Assembly (NCBI GenBank): GCA_018656065.1
Contig: JABHZY010000024.1
Span: 75,980 to 139,979, forward strand
Direction of reading: 5' to 3'
From: Candidatus Komeilibacteria bacterium
Lineage (GTDB): Bacteria > Patescibacteriota > Patescibacteriia > UBA1558 > GWA2-36-10
DNA length: 64,000 nt
This document shows positions 56,260 through 64,000 of the stretch, piece by piece (positions within the stretch are counted from its first letter, which is position 1; each line of letters begins with the position of its first letter). Under the pieces are notes generated by a model. The model ran no database searches and had not been told where the DNA came from. It saw nothing but the letters and a program-made list of their open reading frames with translations. The position numbers and the translations under genes are program-made.

Positions 56260-57059
56260 AAATTGTTTATATAGATGAATCTGGTAAAGATAAAAAAAGT
56301 CCTTTTGCTGTTCTGTGTGGTATCTCATTTGATCATAATAGAATGAGTAAAACAAAAAAAGATTGGCTTCATTTTATTAAATGGTTAAACAAAGAGGGAG
56401 TAAGAACATCTGAAATGCATACTTCTCAATTTTTTGCTGGCAAAGGTTGTTGGTACACTCTTAAGGGTGATAAAAGAAAAAAAATTACCGAAGGTGTAAT
56501 TCATTGGATTAATAAAAGGGCGCATGAATTTTGCGTTGTTGCCGCTGATAAAAAAATTTTTACTGCTAAAAAAGATGAAAAAATATCTGTATATAAAAAT
56601 ATCTGGTTTTTCTTATCTACGCATTTAATATTTGCCTTTAGCAAAAGATATCAGGGAGAAAATGGTACAAAGGGAGACTTTATAGGTATATTTGATGAAG
56701 GGTGTGTCGGATCAGAGTTTAGTGATTTTATTTTGTCAGATGACGCAAATACTTTATTTAAGGAATATACAGGTGTTAAAAAATGTTTAATTAAGTTGAG
56801 CGATGCTCCACTTTCAGCTAACTCAAAACATTCTAGTCTAATTCAAATAGCTGATTTTATAGTTTTCTTTGTTAGAAGAAAAATAGAATTAGAATATAAT
56901 ATGAAAGAAGAATATTTAGGTGAAAAAAAGGATATTGATATTTTTTATAAAGGTCTTTTAAAAAATAAAATGCAACAAAGATTTATTTATAAAAAAGCTG
57001 GCAGATCTAATATTGAAGATATTTTTTATTCAACAGCGCCAGATTTTTTAAAAAAATAA
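56256..57059 (+). CDS. DUF3800-family protein
   Basis: N-terminal KIVYIDESGKD (the YIDESG hallmark). Confidence 0.5.
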   Translation: MKIVYIDESGKDKKSPFAVLCGISFDHNRMSKTKKDWLHFIKWLNKEGVRTSEMHTSQFFAGKGCWYTLKGDKRKKITEGVIHWINKRAHEFCVVAADKKIFTAKKDEKISVYKNIWFFLSTHLIFAFSKRYQGENGTKGDFIGIFDEGCVGSEFSDFILSDDANTLFKEYTGVKKCLIKLSDAPLSANSKHSSLIQIADFIVFFVRRKIELEYNMKEEYLGEKKDIDIFYKGLLKNKMQQRFIYKKAGRSNIEDIFYSTAPDFLKK

Positions 57060-57224
57060 ACATTACACCTTACTGTAACTATATAACGTAAATACGTGTC
57101 ACTTTTGTCACTTTTTAGTAGCGCTCGAGACGCGTCGAAATACTATCATAAAAATACTCCCAAAAGCCTTACAGGGCTTGATTCTAAAAAGTTCTAGCAC
57201 GAGACGGCGAGCCAAATAAAAAAA

Positions 57225-57250
57225 CATCAACCTCTGTTGGTGCTTTTTTA
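57225..57250. terminator. bidirectional terminator
   Basis: A7, catcaac-ctct-gttggtg hairpin, T-run. Confidence 0.5.
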
Positions 57251-57304
57251 TTTATGTGTTTGTGATATACTTATTGTATGAATAAATATTAAATAAAGTT
57301 AAAA

Positions 57305-57550
57305 ATGGATAAATACGAATGTTATAATTGCAAAAAGATATCTAACCCTGATGATCCAGATACTAATTGGATTGTACTACATAAAAGAAATCATAAAAGA
57401 TTATTGGGTTGTGATTGTGGATATGGATTATATCCAGGACAGATTACTTCATTAGTTGCAAGTCCTGATGAAGTTGAAGATCAAAAAGAACAATTGATAA
57501 AAGCAGGTGTAAACCTTGATAAAAAGAAAAAAGCTGCTAAGAAAAAATAA
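57305..57550 (+). CDS. small zinc-finger-like protein with Lys-rich tail
   Basis: CYNC...CDCGYG; 81 aa. Last gene before the attR-like repeat. Confidence 0.35.
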   Translation: MDKYECYNCKKISNPDDPDTNWIVLHKRNHKRLLGCDCGYGLYPGQITSLVASPDEVEDQKEQLIKAGVNLDKKKKAAKKK

Positions 57551-57574
57551 TCTATTTTCTATCACTCAAATCAT

Positions 57575-57608
57575 GGCAATCGGGATTTGATCCCCTATCT
57601 CCGAACCA
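57575..57608 (+). repeat. imperfect direct repeat of the tRNA-Gln 3' end (attR-like)
   Basis: ggcaatcgggatttgatcccctatctccgaacca against the tRNA 35497-35530 ggcaatcggggttcgatcccctgtctccgagcca: 30/34 identical. Confidence 0.6.
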
Positions 57609-57615
57609 TAAAAAA

Positions 57616-57643
57616 ACACGCCTAAAGCGTGCTTTTTTGTTTA
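57616..57643. terminator. bidirectional terminator
   Basis: A-run, cacgc/gcgtg hairpin, T6. Confidence 0.5.
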
Positions 57644-57645
57644 TT

Positions 57646-58317
57646 TTATTGCGGCTTCCAACCACTTATCAAACTAGCATCCTCAAATCCATTTCTTATA
57701 GCCTTAATAAACTCTGTTTCCAATTCATGCTGATCTTTGGTACAAGTTGCTTGCGGCTGTTGATAAAACAAGAAAAAGCCATCAAATTGTTTTATGTCTG
57801 CTTCACGACCTTCAAAAAAATCTGCACTTGCCATTCCTGGACTACTAGGTGTATCCGATATCCAAGAAATCCGACCACCGGCGTCCTCTTCACAATACTT
57901 ACTTATCTCATTCAAAGATTTAGTAGAAAATCCAACAGTAAAATCTTCAACATCTTTGTAAATAACCTCATTAATTAATGAAGAATCAATTGGAATCTGA
58001 AAACCCAGTTCAGTAATTTTTAACATTTTAGTTATTTGGATAGAAGTGCCATAATCCATTTCAGGGTTTCTGCAAACACACATAGGATTTTCTAGCTGTC
58101 TGCCGGCAGAATCATAATCAGTCAAACAAACCTCATCATCATCTTCCCCTTTACATATATGTCCCATGTCAATACAGTCTTTATTAGTCTGACAATATTC
58201 TTTTTGCTCATTAGAATTTGACGATGGTTGATGAATAACTTTTGAATTATCAATATTGATACTACAACCAGCTCCCATTAATAAAAATATACTTAGTGTT
58301 AAAATTATTTTTTTCAT
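57646..58317 (-). CDS. secreted Cys-containing lipoprotein, unknown function
   Basis: Lipobox LMGAGC; 223 aa. Confidence 0.4.
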   Translation of the reverse strand: MKKIILTLSIFLLMGAGCSINIDNSKVIHQPSSNSNEQKEYCQTNKDCIDMGHICKGEDDDEVCLTDYDSAGRQLENPMCVCRNPEMDYGTSIQITKMLKITELGFQIPIDSSLINEVIYKDVEDFTVGFSTKSLNEISKYCEEDAGGRISWISDTPSSPGMASADFFEGREADIKQFDGFFLFYQQPQATCTKDQHELETEFIKAIRNGFEDASLISGWKPQ

Positions 58318-58321
58318 AATT

Positions 58322-59926
58322 CTATTTCACGGCTACTTTGATAAAATCTCGAAATAATGGGTGTGGTCTTAATGGACGAGATTTAAATTCTGGATGAAAT
58401 TGGCTAGCTACAAAATATGGATGATCTTTAAGCTCTATAATTTCTACTAACTTTTTATCTGGTGATAAACCAGCAAATCTCATGCCCGCCTGTTCAAGCT
58501 GTTCTTTATAAGCCATATTAAACTCATACCTATGTCTGTGACGCTCGGAAATCTTTGGTATGCCATAAGCTTTATAAGATAATGATTTCTTATCTAACAC
58601 ACAAGGATAAGCTCCTAAACGAAGCGTGCCTCCTTTATCTTCATCTTTGTGATGACCTGGTAAAATATGAATTACTGGATTTGGAGTTTTAGCATTAAAC
58701 TCAGTAGAATCTACCTCTTCAGTACCTAAAACATGTCTAGCAAATTCAATAGTAGCCACTTGCATACCTAGACAAAGACCTAAATATGGTTTTTTATGCT
58801 CTCTGGCATATTTAGCAGCCATTATTTTACCTTCAACTCCTCTAGCTCCAAAACCACCTGGTACCACTATACCAGCTGCTTTTTTTAATTTAGCTAATTC
58901 TTTTTTATCTTTTTTCTCTAATTTACCAGCATTAATCCAAAGTAAATCCAGTTTAGCATTATTATGATAACAAGCTGATTTCAAAGATTCTACCACAGAA
59001 ATATAAGCATCAATATTTTCATTATACTTACCTACTAGAGCAATAGATAATTTCTTTCTAGTCTTCTTAATCTTAGAAACTAAAGCTTTCCATTCACTTA
59101 AATCTGGTTTTTTCTTAGGTAATTTTAATTTTTCAAAAATAATTTCTGAAATATTAGCTTTTTCAAAAAGAATTGGTACTTCATAAATAGTCTTAACAGT
59201 CAAAGCTGGAATCACAGCTCTAGGATCTACATCAGCAAACATAGCAATCTTTTTTAACTCATCTTTACCCACTTTAAGATCAGACCTAGTCAAAATTATA
59301 TCTGGCTGAATACCACGACGATGTAATTCTCTTACTGACATCTGTGTTGGCTTTGTTTTAAGCTCCCTAGAAGCTATTAGATAAGGTAATAAAGTTAAAT
59401 GTACAAACATTACATTCTCATCTCCCATTTCATTATGAAACTGACGCAGAGCTTCTAAAAATGGTTCACCTTCAATATCGCCAACCGTACCTCCAATTTC
59501 CACTAATAAAAAATCGGCCTTTGATTCTTTAGCTGCATTACGAAGATAATCTTTTATTTCATTAGTAATATGAGGCACAATTTGAATAGTCTTACCTAAA
59601 TATGCACCAGCCCGCTCTCCTTTAAGCACTGTTTCATATACTCTGCCAGTAGTTAGGTTTGATAACTTGGATAAACTAGTATCAATAAATCTCTCATAAT
59701 GTCCTAAATCAAGATCAGTTTCACTACCATCGTCAGTTACAAACACTTCACCATGTTGATAAGGACTCATTGTACCAGGATCTATATTTAAATATGGATC
59801 TAACTTGCTAGTATAAACAGAATAACCGGCTGATTTGAGTATTGCTCCGATAGATGCAGAGGCGATTCCTTTGCCTAATCCCGAACATACTCCGCCGGTT
59901 ATAAAGATGTATTTAGTCTTAACCAT
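58322..59926 (-). CDS. pyrG: CTP synthase
   Basis: N-terminal KYIFITGGVCSGLGKG; glutamine amidotransferase domain with GLCLGMQ. Confidence 0.9.
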   Translation of the reverse strand: MVKTKYIFITGGVCSGLGKGIASASIGAILKSAGYSVYTSKLDPYLNIDPGTMSPYQHGEVFVTDDGSETDLDLGHYERFIDTSLSKLSNLTTGRVYETVLKGERAGAYLGKTIQIVPHITNEIKDYLRNAAKESKADFLLVEIGGTVGDIEGEPFLEALRQFHNEMGDENVMFVHLTLLPYLIASRELKTKPTQMSVRELHRRGIQPDIILTRSDLKVGKDELKKIAMFADVDPRAVIPALTVKTIYEVPILFEKANISEIIFEKLKLPKKKPDLSEWKALVSKIKKTRKKLSIALVGKYNENIDAYISVVESLKSACYHNNAKLDLLWINAGKLEKKDKKELAKLKKAAGIVVPGGFGARGVEGKIMAAKYAREHKKPYLGLCLGMQVATIEFARHVLGTEEVDSTEFNAKTPNPVIHILPGHHKDEDKGGTLRLGAYPCVLDKKSLSYKAYGIPKISERHRHRYEFNMAYKEQLEQAGMRFAGLSPDKKLVEIIELKDHPYFVASQFHPEFKSRPLRPHPLFRDFIKVAVK

Positions 59927-59931
59927 GATAT

Positions 59932-60387
59932 TTATTCTGATTTAATATTGATAAAAAAGCTGATTAATTGATTACTTGGTAGTCGTAAAAATACATTATG
60001 CTTGCCCAATTCTTTAAGTAAGCTCGGTTTGACAAACCAATTATCATGAATTTCTAAATTAAATTTATTTTTAACCTCTGCTATTATATCATTAGTTGAG
60101 ATTCCTTTAAAGAGGGTGTTTTTATCAGATACTTTGCCAGTAAAAGATATACTTTGTTTATTTAATGTTTTGGCTATTTTTTGATAATTTTCTTCTTGAG
60201 CTGAAACTTTGGCGTCAGCTTTGTTCTGCTGCGCTTGGAAACTAGCTATATTGGCTGGACTTGCTAAAACAGCTTTGTCTTGAGCTAATAAAAAATTATT
60301 AGCATAGCCATCGGAAACCTCCTTAATATCTCCTTTGAGACCTAGTGATTTTATATCTTCAGTAAGTATTACTTTCATATTATTCAA
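59932..60387 (-). CDS. rplI: ribosomal protein L9
   Basis: MKVILTEDIKSLGLKGDIKEVSDGYANNFL; probable start at M4. Confidence 0.8.
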   Translation of the reverse strand: MNNMKVILTEDIKSLGLKGDIKEVSDGYANNFLLAQDKAVLASPANIASFQAQQNKADAKVSAQEENYQKIAKTLNKQSISFTGKVSDKNTLFKGISTNDIIAEVKNKFNLEIHDNWFVKPSLLKELGKHNVFLRLPSNQLISFFINIKSE

Positions 60388-61648
60388 ATATTAATTCTTT
60401 AGCACGCTCAAGTTGTGGATCTATATCAGCTTCATAATCTTCTATTGTCAAATCAATTTCAAAATCAGGTAGAATACCCTCACCTTCTATAGTCCGTCCA
60501 TTTGGAGTAAGCCAACGAGCTACAGTTAATTTAATTGAAGAGTCATCTTTAAGTTCCATTAATTGCTGAACTGAACCTTTACCAAAAGTAGTCATTCCAA
60601 CCACCTCGGCCATTTCATAATCTTGCAATGCTCCTGCTAAAATCTCAGAGGCTGAAGCAGATCCCTCATTAACTAAAACTATTGTTTTTAAATGTGATAA
60701 ACTATTTTTCTTAGTAGTTTTATAATCTCTATCATCTCTTTTATCAGAAAAAGTTTCTCTGACTACTGTAGAATTTTGTTCTAGCCAATAACTAGCAATA
60801 TCAACTGAGGTAGACAAATAACCACCTGGATTATTTCTAACATCGATAATTATACCCTCTGGATTATCTTTTAATACATCTTGGACTACTTTAGCAAAAC
60901 GCTCATCTGTATCATCATTAAAATGTGTAATCTCTACAATAGCAATGTTATCTTCTAATCTGTAAATAACACTAGGAATATCTATTTTATCTCTAATAAT
61001 ACTAACATCTCTTGGTACTTCTGCTCCTTTTGAAAATATAGTTAATATTACTTCTACACCTTTATCTCCCCTAATATGAGTGACTGCCTCGTTAGAGCTC
61101 ATAGCAGTGATATCTAGCCCATCTACAGCCAAAATCCTGTCACCAGACTTTAATCCTGCTAGATCAGCTGGCGTACCAGCTAAAGGAGCAATAACTACAA
61201 TAAATCCTTCGCGACGTCCAATCTCTGCGCCAATACCAAAGAAACTACCTTCTAGTTCTTGAGAAAACTCTTCAGTTAATTCTGGATCAAAAAATAAAGT
61301 GTGAGGATCCCCTAAAGCATCTACCATGCCAGAAATAGCTCCATAAAATAAATCCTGATCATCTATCTCAGATTTTTCTAAATATTCATCATGAAGCAAA
61401 TTCCAAACCTCTTCAAATAAATCAATATCTATTTCATCTTGTTCAAAAAAAATATTCTTTAATTCTTCAGAAGTCTGCTGTATCACTTGTTCAGATGTCT
61501 GAGGTTCTTTATATTGAGTGCCGGCTGCCATACCAGCTACAAAAAAAGCTAGTAACAAAAAAATATAGGCATAAATTTTAGATGTTTTATACCATTTAGC
61601 TTCTTTCTTATTATCTACAAATTGATTATTGTCACTAAATTGATCCAT
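60380..61648 (-). CDS. ctp: carboxyl-terminal processing protease (S41)
   Basis: N-terminal TM, PDZ domain (GLKSGDRILAVDG), S41 catalytic region (TFGKGSVQ). Confidence 0.8.
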   Translation of the reverse strand: MDQFSDNNQFVDNKKEAKWYKTSKIYAYIFLLLAFFVAGMAAGTQYKEPQTSEQVIQQTSEELKNIFFEQDEIDIDLFEEVWNLLHDEYLEKSEIDDQDLFYGAISGMVDALGDPHTLFFDPELTEEFSQELEGSFFGIGAEIGRREGFIVVIAPLAGTPADLAGLKSGDRILAVDGLDITAMSSNEAVTHIRGDKGVEVILTIFSKGAEVPRDVSIIRDKIDIPSVIYRLEDNIAIVEITHFNDDTDERFAKVVQDVLKDNPEGIIIDVRNNPGGYLSTSVDIASYWLEQNSTVVRETFSDKRDDRDYKTTKKNSLSHLKTIVLVNEGSASASEILAGALQDYEMAEVVGMTTFGKGSVQQLMELKDDSSIKLTVARWLTPNGRTIEGEGILPDFEIDLTIEDYEADIDPQLERAKELIFE

Positions 61649-61685
61649 AATTTTTATTTATACTCTAGGCTGAGCCTATCGAAGC

Positions 61686-62990
61686 CTAATCTTCTACTCT
61701 TTTAATTTTAGCTCCCATATTAGACAAACGAAGGTCTAATTCCTGATAGCCTCTATCAACTTGGTAAATATTAGTTACTTTTGATTCTCCTGAAGCAGCT
61801 AAAGCAGCAATAATTAAGGTAGCTCCAGCCCTAAGATCAAAACTAGTAATTTCTTTGCCGAAAAGAGGTGCTGGACCTATAACTACTACTCTATGAGGGT
61901 CAGATACTACTAAATTAGCTCCCATTTTTTGTAATTCAGCTACATATTTTAAACGACCATCATACATCCAATCATGAATTAATGACGTGCCCTTAGCTTG
62001 AGTCATCATAACTGTAAATGGCTGAATTAAATCTGCTGCAAAACCTGGGTGAGGCATATCATGTAATTTCTTAATAGCTTTAAGATCTACTTTGCCATTT
62101 ACTTTTATATTAGCTAATTTATAATTTGGATTGGCTTTGAGGTCTAAATATTCAATATCCAATTTTAAACCAACTTCTTTATATTTTTCAATCTCCAAAG
62201 CCATGAATTGTGGAGCTGTATTTTCAATTACAAATTCTGACTTAGTGGCACCAGCTAATGATATAAATGTCCCAGTCTCTATTGGATCAGGCATTATATA
62301 ATATTCACCACCTCTTAAATTATTAACTCCCTTAATATTTAAAGAATGAGTACCAATACCTTCTATTTCAGCTCCCAATGATTCCAAAAACCAACAAAGA
62401 TCTTGTACTGAAGGTTCGGCAGCTACAATATTTATTCTAACATTTCCTTGATTGAGTACTGAAGCCAAAATCATATTTTCTGTACCTGTTACAGAAAATT
62501 CACTTAAAGTGATTTCTTCTTCAGCTGGACGTTTTTTCTCTAAGGTATAAGATTTATCATCATCCTCATTTCTACTAACATCAACACCTAATTTTTTAAA
62601 CCCAATAAAATGAGAATCTAAAGAACGTGAGCCGATCTGACAGCCACCTGGTTCTTTAGTATTTAATTTACCAAAGCGACCAACCAGAGCTCCCATCAAA
62701 AGAATGGAAGATCTCATAGCCGAAACCAACTTCATATCCATTTTATTAGGATCTGCATCAGCATTATCAATCTTAAGACTATTTCTATCTATCCAAGTGA
62801 CTTTGGACCCCATAGAAACCAGAATTTGGATCATCTTTTTAACGTCCTCTATCAAGGGTACATTATGTAAGACAATCTCTTCTTTACTTAGTAAAGTTGC
62901 GGCAATTATTGGAGTAGCTGCATTTTTAAACCCAGCTACTTTGATGGACCCATGCAAGCTGTTTCCACCTTGAATTATAAAACTAGACAT
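61686..62990 (-). CDS. murA: UDP-N-acetylglucosamine 1-carboxyvinyltransferase
   Basis: Full-length EPT fold; N-terminal FIIQGGNSLHGSIKVAGFKNAATPIIAA. Confidence 0.9.
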   Translation of the reverse strand: MSSFIIQGGNSLHGSIKVAGFKNAATPIIAATLLSKEEIVLHNVPLIEDVKKMIQILVSMGSKVTWIDRNSLKIDNADADPNKMDMKLVSAMRSSILLMGALVGRFGKLNTKEPGGCQIGSRSLDSHFIGFKKLGVDVSRNEDDDKSYTLEKKRPAEEEITLSEFSVTGTENMILASVLNQGNVRINIVAAEPSVQDLCWFLESLGAEIEGIGTHSLNIKGVNNLRGGEYYIMPDPIETGTFISLAGATKSEFVIENTAPQFMALEIEKYKEVGLKLDIEYLDLKANPNYKLANIKVNGKVDLKAIKKLHDMPHPGFAADLIQPFTVMMTQAKGTSLIHDWMYDGRLKYVAELQKMGANLVVSDPHRVVVIGPAPLFGKEITSFDLRAGATLIIAALAASGESKVTNIYQVDRGYQELDLRLSNMGAKIKRVED

Positions 62991-63050
62991 AGTATAGTAA
63001 TATTGAATTATTTATATAAATAATACCCTAAATTTGAATTTATAACAAGA

Positions 63051-64000
63051 TGGAAAAAACTCTTAGAAAAATCACTGTCTCAATATTTTTTATATTATTT
63101 TTTATTTTAGCTCCACTATTAACCGCCTATTCTTTGGGCTATAGATATGACTTTTCAAATGGAAGCATTCAAAAAAATGGAGCTTTTTATGTTAAATCCT
63201 ATCCACGTGATGCAGAGATTTTTGTTGATAATAAAAAGAATAGAAGTAAAACCCCTACCCAGGTAATAAACGTCCTACCAGGTGAACATGAATTAGTAAT
63301 AGAGAAAAATAATTACATTTCTTGGACAAAAAATTTAGATGTTTATTCTGGAGAAACTACTTTTGCTGAAGACATTGTATTATTTTTAGAAAATAGACCA
63401 AAAACTATTTTGGGAACTGGTAGTGATAATTTATTAATTAATAAAAATAAAGACAAATACGCTTTTCTAGATAATGATTACCAACTTCTAATCACTGATA
63501 TTGAACAAGCTAAGGTTTTTGAAATTAATACTTTAGATAAAAGTTATGAATTAGTAGATTGGTCCTCAGATAATCAAAAAATATTATTACGTAACGATAC
63601 AAAATATTTTAGTTTTGATATAGATCAAAAAGAATTAAATGCTATCCCTATAATAGGAATAGATAAAATGATTTGGGAAAATAATTCTAATACACTTATT
63701 TATCTCAAAGAAAATAAATTATATAGGCATCACCATAAAAATGCTTGGGATTCTTCTGGCCAAGCTGACGAACTATTAGATATCCAACATTATATAAATG
63801 ATTTTGCTATCAAAGATAAATGGTTAATTATTCAATATACTTTTGATAAAAACAATTTTGTTCAACAACTTAATAAAAACAACTTGGAAATTATACAAGT
63901 TATAAATAACGTTAACCTGGGAAATTTAGATGTCTTGCTAGCTGAAGATAATAATATTATTTTTACTCTAGGTTCAAAATTATATATTAAAAATATTTTT
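63051..64000 (+). CDS. PEGA-domain membrane protein; partial, since the 3' end runs off the window
   Basis: ATG 63051, N-terminal TM, PEGA-like block PRDAEIFVDNKK...PGEHELVIEKNNY; open to the window end. Confidence 0.5.

Larger units (their letters stand above)
35497..57608. mobile_element. about 22-kb integrated element (degraded prophage, satellite or genomic island) bounded by the tRNA-Gln 3' end and a 30/34-nt imperfect direct repeat of it
   Basis: attL-like 35497-35530 against attR-like 57575-57608. Interior has host-like low GC and carries a serine recombinase, TerL, a TerS-like protein, a ParB-MTase, DUF3800, NERD, macro and S49 peptidase genes, plus the Hsp70 module. No capsid, portal or tail genes. 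Confidence 0.55.

Noticed and set aside
57637-57978. ORF 57637-57978 (+)
   Set aside because: Short antisense ORF inside a longer, better-supported minus-strand gene.
62704-62973. ORF 62704-62973 (+)
   Set aside because: Short antisense ORF inside a longer, better-supported minus-strand gene.

Overview
This is an AT-rich bacterial chromosomal window, roughly one-third G+C by eye, with the small, tightly packed genes typical of a reduced genome (possibly CPR-like). Almost all genes lie on the minus strand.

Part 1, content in order:
- A cell-envelope polysaccharide locus (1-11.6 kb): a partial DUF4012 protein, two GT-C-like polytopic membrane proteins, four GT4 glycosyltransferases and a WbaP-like priming transferase. 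A compact RNase P RNA (rnpB) with a consensus promoter sits inside this locus.
- A cell-shape and housekeeping block (11.6-32.3 kb): mreB-like, greA, mrdA (PBP2), mreD, mreC, mreB, proS, rseP, frr, a BNR-repeat lipoprotein, holB, rnhA, recJ, ackA with a PduL-like phosphotransacylase, a PfkB kinase, a SpoU methyltransferase, and zur with a ZIP transporter.
- A ~3 kb GC-rich foreign cassette (32.39-35.40 kb) directly upstream of tRNA-Gln(UUG). It carries consensus TTGACA-N17 promoters, a leader with tandem structured repeats, a receiver-only response regulator, two Trp-rich micro-ORFs with conserved 3' hairpins, a lipoprotein with a Gly/Ala-rich tail and a small membrane protein.
- A ~22 kb integrated element (35.5-57.6 kb). 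It is flanked by tRNA-Gln and a 30/34-nt imperfect copy of the tRNA 3' end. It encodes a large serine recombinase, terminase large and small subunits, a ParB-methyltransferase fusion, a DUF3800 protein, a NERD protein, a macro domain protein and an S49 (SppA-like) peptidase.
- After the element: pyrG, rplI, ctp, murA and a partial PEGA-domain gene.

Part 2, most notable finding: inside the integrated element (40.1-47.9 kb) there is a unidirectional, translationally coupled operon for a divergent, membrane-tethered Hsp70 system. It reads membrane-anchored GrpE-like protein, then an 833-aa Hsp70, then a 550-aa J-like protein with a C-terminal membrane anchor. These are followed by a classic-clade AAA+ ATPase, three paralogous zinc-ribbon membrane proteins and a receiver-only response regulator. 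I know of no described system with this arrangement.

Two small GC-rich single-gene inserts encoding Cys-containing small proteins (about 10.2 kb and 23.1 kb) are also notable. No CRISPR array and no rRNA were seen.
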